Of a stretch of 64,000 bases of DNA, positions 58,832 to 64,000 are shown piece by piece. Positions within the stretch are counted from its first letter, which is position 1; each line of letters opens with the position of its first letter. A program made the position numbers and the translations under genes. The notes beneath the pieces are model-generated. The model ran no database searches, was not told the origin of the DNA, and was given only the letters and a program-made list of their open reading frames with translations. The DNA comes from Eledone cirrhosa (Eukaryota): NCBI GenBank assembly GCA_964016885.1, contig OZ024762.1, positions 21,514,001 to 21,578,000 on the forward strand, written 5' to 3'.

Positions 58832-59035
58832 ATTTAGGAACAGTTTAGGTATGATACATTTTATTACTAATTATATCTAAATGTTTCTTCTCTCTTCATA
58901 ATGTATTATATATATATATATATATATATACATACATAAAGAAAAGAAATTGAAAATGCAACTGGAGTCTTTTAAAAATATTTATTCATTTATTTCAGGT
59001 ATGTCAAATTTATTTATAAAACAGCTTATATATTG

Positions 59036-59101
59036 TATTTTGTCTGAGGAAGGCATACCATATTTTTAATATGATATCCCAGAAATATATATAACGAAAT
59101 A
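59036..59101 (+). ncRNA. Type I hammerhead (family C)
   Basis: tattttgt-CTGAGGA-agg c ata..tat c cca-GAAAT-ATAT-ATA-acgaaata; A.A at 10.1/11.1. Confidence 0.7.
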
Positions 59102-59141
59102 AATATGGTTTTATAAATATAGTTTCCATTTGTTTAATATC

Positions 59142-59224
<83 letters not shown>

Positions 59225-59493
59225 CATATATAACATAGAAATGGCTTCTACATGACTAGAACTGTTTGATTCAGAAGAAAAGCCGACTTTCAATGTAATA
59301 TGGGGGTATTTATACATTTTCTGGTGGTAAGAGAGGGTGGTGACTCGGATATATATATATTATTCAAAAATGTTAACAAATGAAAAATATTCTCATAATC
59401 AAAATATATACTTTATTATATATATTTCAAAGGTACCGTGCTGTTTTTTCAGTACGTCCTTATCAGTAACGGTATGGCATATATCAAATCATA

Positions 59494-59560
59494 TATTTTG
59501 TCTGATGAGGACGTACTGAAAAAAACAGCACAGTACCTTTGAAATATATATAATAAAGTA
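59494..59560 (+). ncRNA. Type I hammerhead (family C) within an inverted repeat (about 59360-59610)
   Basis: tattttgt-CTGATGA-gga c gtactg..cagtac c ttt-GAAAT-ATAT-ATA-ataaagta; the inverted copy at 59410-59466 has CTGATAA. Confidence 0.75.
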
Positions 59561-59747
59561 TATATTTTGATTATGCGAATATTTTTCATTTGTTAACATT
59601 TTGAATAATATTAAAAACTCCAGGAAAACTATAACTGTTGAGTGCTTCTAATATATTGTAAAACTGTATTCGTTGAGTAACCAACGAACCATATTAATCT
59701 TTGGTTTTATATATATATATATATACATGTATATATATATATATATG

Positions 59748-59797
<50 letters not shown>

Positions 59798-60475
59798 GTG
59801 TGTGTGTGTGTGTGTGTAGGCTGATGATGACACCCCGAGAGAATGCAGGCTCTCGAAATGTATCACTCTCTGAAGGTTGGTTCTCAAAGCAAAACTAAAT
59901 ATTCACAGCTTTCAAGCTTACTTCTCTACACAAAAATCATCTTGAAACCTGAAGCTTATTTACTCATGCCTACTTTAGGAAGGAAAACATTCTCCAGCCC
60001 TGCCTTCTGCATCTGGAAGCTAAATGTTTGGACGGGCTGAACTCATCTTCTCTAAGTAAAATAGCCTTTTTTGTACTGACTCATCGAAGGAAAAATAAAT
60101 ATTCCTACTACTACTACTACCACCACCACCACCACCACCACCACTACTACCACCACCACCACCACTACTACTACTACAACTACTACTGCTGTTGCTACTG
60201 CTGCTGTTGCTACTGCGACTCTAGCTTTACCAAAATTGTGTACCGTTTGTTATAATGAATTTACGATAAGAATATTTTCGACGAATGTCAAAAACACTCG
60301 CACACTTAGTATTTTGGTAATAAATAAATAAATAAATAAATAAATAAAGATAACACGAATATACCTTGTTTTCTGGTATAAACATGATGGCAGTATTCCA
60401 TTATTATTATTGTCATTAGTATTAATATTATTCTTATGGTTGTTGTTGTTGTTGTTGTCATCGTCGTCATCATCA

Positions 60476-60528
<53 letters not shown>

Positions 60529-60827
60529 ATTTAGGAGGATCGATATCTGCAGAATGAGTGATTAGTATCATATCTGCCTTGATTTAAATGGCATCTTTTA
60601 TGGCACCATTCCAAATAATCTTTTGGGCTGACAGTTTAATAATAATTACATTTCTGCTCTAGGTGAAATACCAATATTTTTAGTATTTTTAATATTGAAA
60701 TAACTTTCAAACCTCCAGAGGAACACAGTATCTTGTATCTTTTGGCTGCGTGTGTATGTTTGGTTGTGGTTCTGTGTGTATCTATGTGTGTGTATCTGAG
60801 TGTGAATGTGGCTGTGTCTATATCTGT

Positions 60828-60990
60828 GTAAGTGTGTATGTGTGTATGCGTGCATCTGAGTGTGTGTATTTGTATATGTGTGTAAGTGTGTATGTGTGTA
60901 TGCGTGCATCTGAGTGTGTGTATTTGTATATGTGTGTAAGTGTGTATGTGTGTATGCGTGCATCTGAGTGTGTGTATTTGTATATGTGTG
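60828..60990. repeat. 54-bp minisatellite x3
   Basis: 18-aa periodic ORFs. Confidence 0.85.
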
Positions 60991-61842
60991 TATATGTGTA
61001 ATGGTTTCTCTGTATGTGTGTGGGGGTGGGTGGGTGGATGGGGGGTTATCTGTGTGTGCATGTGTGCGTGCATCTGAGTGTGTGTATATCTATGTCTGTG
61101 AAGGTTTCTGTCTGTGTGTGTGTGTGTGCGTATCCGTGTGTGTGTATTTGTGTGTGTTTGGTTACAACTGTACGGAAGCTAGGCTGATAGCAACAGAATT
61201 GTGTATTCGAAGTTTAGTTAAGTATCTGTTGAATAGGATGTGCAGTATATACTGTGTGTGCTAGAAGAACGCTGCATACCCATCAACCAAAAATATGGCG
61301 AATGTTCTTGTCAGTGATTTCTGTTCTTAGGGCATCGTGATAAATCATATGTTTGTAACTGTGTAAAAAGATGTTTAATCAACAAATCTTAATTAAATTT
61401 TATAATGTTTACAATAAAACAGAAAAATAAATAAATGGGAAACATATAAAGTGTGGAAGTGGGGAGAGTAGTGCAGTCTTTACTCCCTTGACTAGGCGGT
61501 ATATCACTGCTGCGAACCCTGGACAAACTGGTGAAGGTATTACTATGGAGAACAACTAGCGACACCAATTACATCAGCCATTTTATCGCGGTCGGTTGGG
61601 ACGAAGCCAGGTGGAAGTCCGAAACGCCTCTGACGTGCAAATCGATCGACAGAACCAGGTGTAAGGCCGAAGGTTGTCTTTCCTTCACAATTTTGTGGAG
61701 GAAAACGGTCGTTCGTGTACCAAGAACACCAGAGGTCTCGACGACGGGCAGCACCAAAAGGAAGCGGTCGGTTAAGCTCTTGTATTTCGTTACTTTTCTC
61801 TCCTCGGAGTTATAATTTGCTTTCGACTCTATTAATAGTTAC

Positions 61843-61887
61843 TCAGACTCTGATGATTTCTAAAGAATGAAACAGTTCTAGTCCTGT
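61843..61887 (+). ncRNA. Degenerate hammerhead-like motif (family B)
   Basis: gact-CTGATGA-TTTC-TAAA-GAAT-GAAAC-AGTT-CTA-gtc; several core-adjacent mismatches. Confidence 0.35.
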
Positions 61888-61908
61888 AGAATCTCATCTA
61901 TATTAAAA

Positions 61909-62016
<108 letters not shown>

Positions 62017-62832
62017 TATGTATGTATATAAAGAATACACAACGATCTCTTCACAGAAATAAATAAAAGACTATTGTAGTGAAAATAATTCCTGTGTAAT
62101 CTTCTTAAGGCAAGTTAGATCTTCCAGAGTAAACTACATGAAGAATTCTACGTGCTCAATCAACATAATAGAGATCACCGTCTGGTCACATTTTAAGCTA
62201 CATCATCATAACTGAATTTGAGGCTCAAATAAAACCAACAGTCCCCGTAATACGCTGAATCAATTCCACTGTCTACATTCCCCCTTTTTTTAAATGCTAT
62301 CCTCGAAATAAATCAAAAGAAATCGATATTGGATAAGAAATAACTTGTGTTTAAACAATTGCGTGTATACTTATATAGATGAGTACATATATACACAAAT
62401 CCGTATATACGTATGTATAATGTACGTGAATAAGTTCAATGTTTCTGTTAATAGCAAACAAGAGGAGGCTAGAACCAAATGATTAATGTTTGTATTATTT
62501 GTCGGCTTTTTCGTGTGTTTATATGTGTGTTTTTTATGATTCTAGCTATTTTCAAATAACTTTTTCTAATCAGTTTCTGAGATAAACATAAAGTTAAATT
62601 TAGTCACGAAATAGAAAGACGTTTCTTTCTCTTTCGGAATTAGAGAGTTGCGGTTTTATGTGCTGTGAGGAATTTTCAATATTTCAAATAAAATATGATT
62701 AAAGGAAAAAAGCTAAAACAAAATAAAACACACACAGACACACACTCTCTCTCTCACACACACACACACACTCACACACACACACACACACACACCAACG
62801 GATATCTTACATCACAGAAATATAGTAAAAAA

Positions 62833-62931
<99 letters not shown>

Positions 62932-63293
62932 GTTTACATATATGTTTGTATATACATACATATATATATATGAATATATATATATATATATAATGTGTGT
63001 GTGTGTATATATATATATTTGTATATTGTATATATATATATATTTATTTGTATAGTGTATATATATATATACAATATATACACATATATACAATATACAA
63101 ATATATATAGATGCACACACATATATATATATGTGTGTGTGTATGTGTATATATATATATATATACACATACACATATATATATATGTGTGTGTGTGTAT
63201 CTATATATATTTGTATATTGTATATATATATATATTTGTATAGTGTATATATATATATATATACATATAAATATATATATATATATAAATAAA

Positions 63294-63335
<42 letters not shown>

Positions 63336-63340
63336 TATAT

Positions 63341-63451
<111 letters not shown>

Positions 63452-63803
63452 AATATATCATGATTCACATAAATGGCCAACCCCAGAGGATATAAACAGA
63501 AGTGTTCATCACGGAACGGAATAAACTAAGTTAATATCCTGTCTTCACATTTACTCCTCTCTCTACACTTCGTTAAACACCAACTGAGACACCATTGAAG
63601 AGATACTTTCAAAACAAGCTCCATTTACTAGGGAAATGGTAAAAGCTTAAACATAAGACTGAAAATGCTTGTAACATATGCACATATATATATACACACA
63701 CACATATATATATATGGACTGAGTGATCTTGCCCTTGGAGATTTCTACTAAATTTTTTACTACAGTATATATATATACACACACATATATATATATATAT
63801 ATG

Positions 63804-63898
<95 letters not shown>

Positions 63899-63903
63899 GT
63901 GTG

Positions 63904-63935
<32 letters not shown>

Positions 63936-63938
63936 TAT

Positions 63939-64000
63939 ATAGGAACAAGTAAGACACCGACGGCTGAGCTCAAGCCGTTTCGACGGCTAATTCTGGACTG
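63939..64000. mobile_element. Family A short arm, cut by the window edge
   Basis: ATAGGAACAAGTAAGACACCGACGGCTGAGCTC. Confidence 0.8.

Larger units (their letters stand above)
57460..58906. mobile_element. Retrozyme-like or Penelope pLTR-like element: 591-bp unit x ~1.47 direct, plus a ~580-bp inverted copy
   Basis: Period 591 (57471/58062; 57701/58292); 58327-58906 is the reverse complement of about 57626-58204; (TA)n on both sides; no credible ORF. Confidence 0.8.

Noticed and set aside
59820-59870. CTGATGA...GAAAT
   Set aside because: No stem I, and stem II is not adjacent to the core

Overview
This is eukaryotic, gene-free, repeat-saturated DNA, most likely from a cephalopod (octopus-type SINEs; organism inferred, not proven). 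It is very rich in (TA)n, (CA)n, (GA)n and (TAA)n microsatellites and has a 200-N gap. Nearly all ORFs in the track are microsatellite artefacts. The only real coding remnants are C-terminal fragments of RTE LINEs, R4/Dong-like RLE LINEs and a mariner. Two tRNA-derived SINE families, a piggyBac-like MITE and a mariner derivative are present. The most notable signal lies in the short islands between (TA)n arrays. They carry about 19 intact or degenerate type I hammerhead ribozyme motifs folded by eye, many with palindromic stem III loops, covarying stems and a recurrent C.C mismatch in stem II. These islands often form fold-back palindromes and share a GAGTRC motif near their 3' (TA)n junction. 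One is a 591-bp non-coding tandem unit carrying a U3-A8 variant hammerhead (retrozyme-like). Together this points to a community of Penelope-like and non-autonomous ribozyme retroelements targeting (TA)n.
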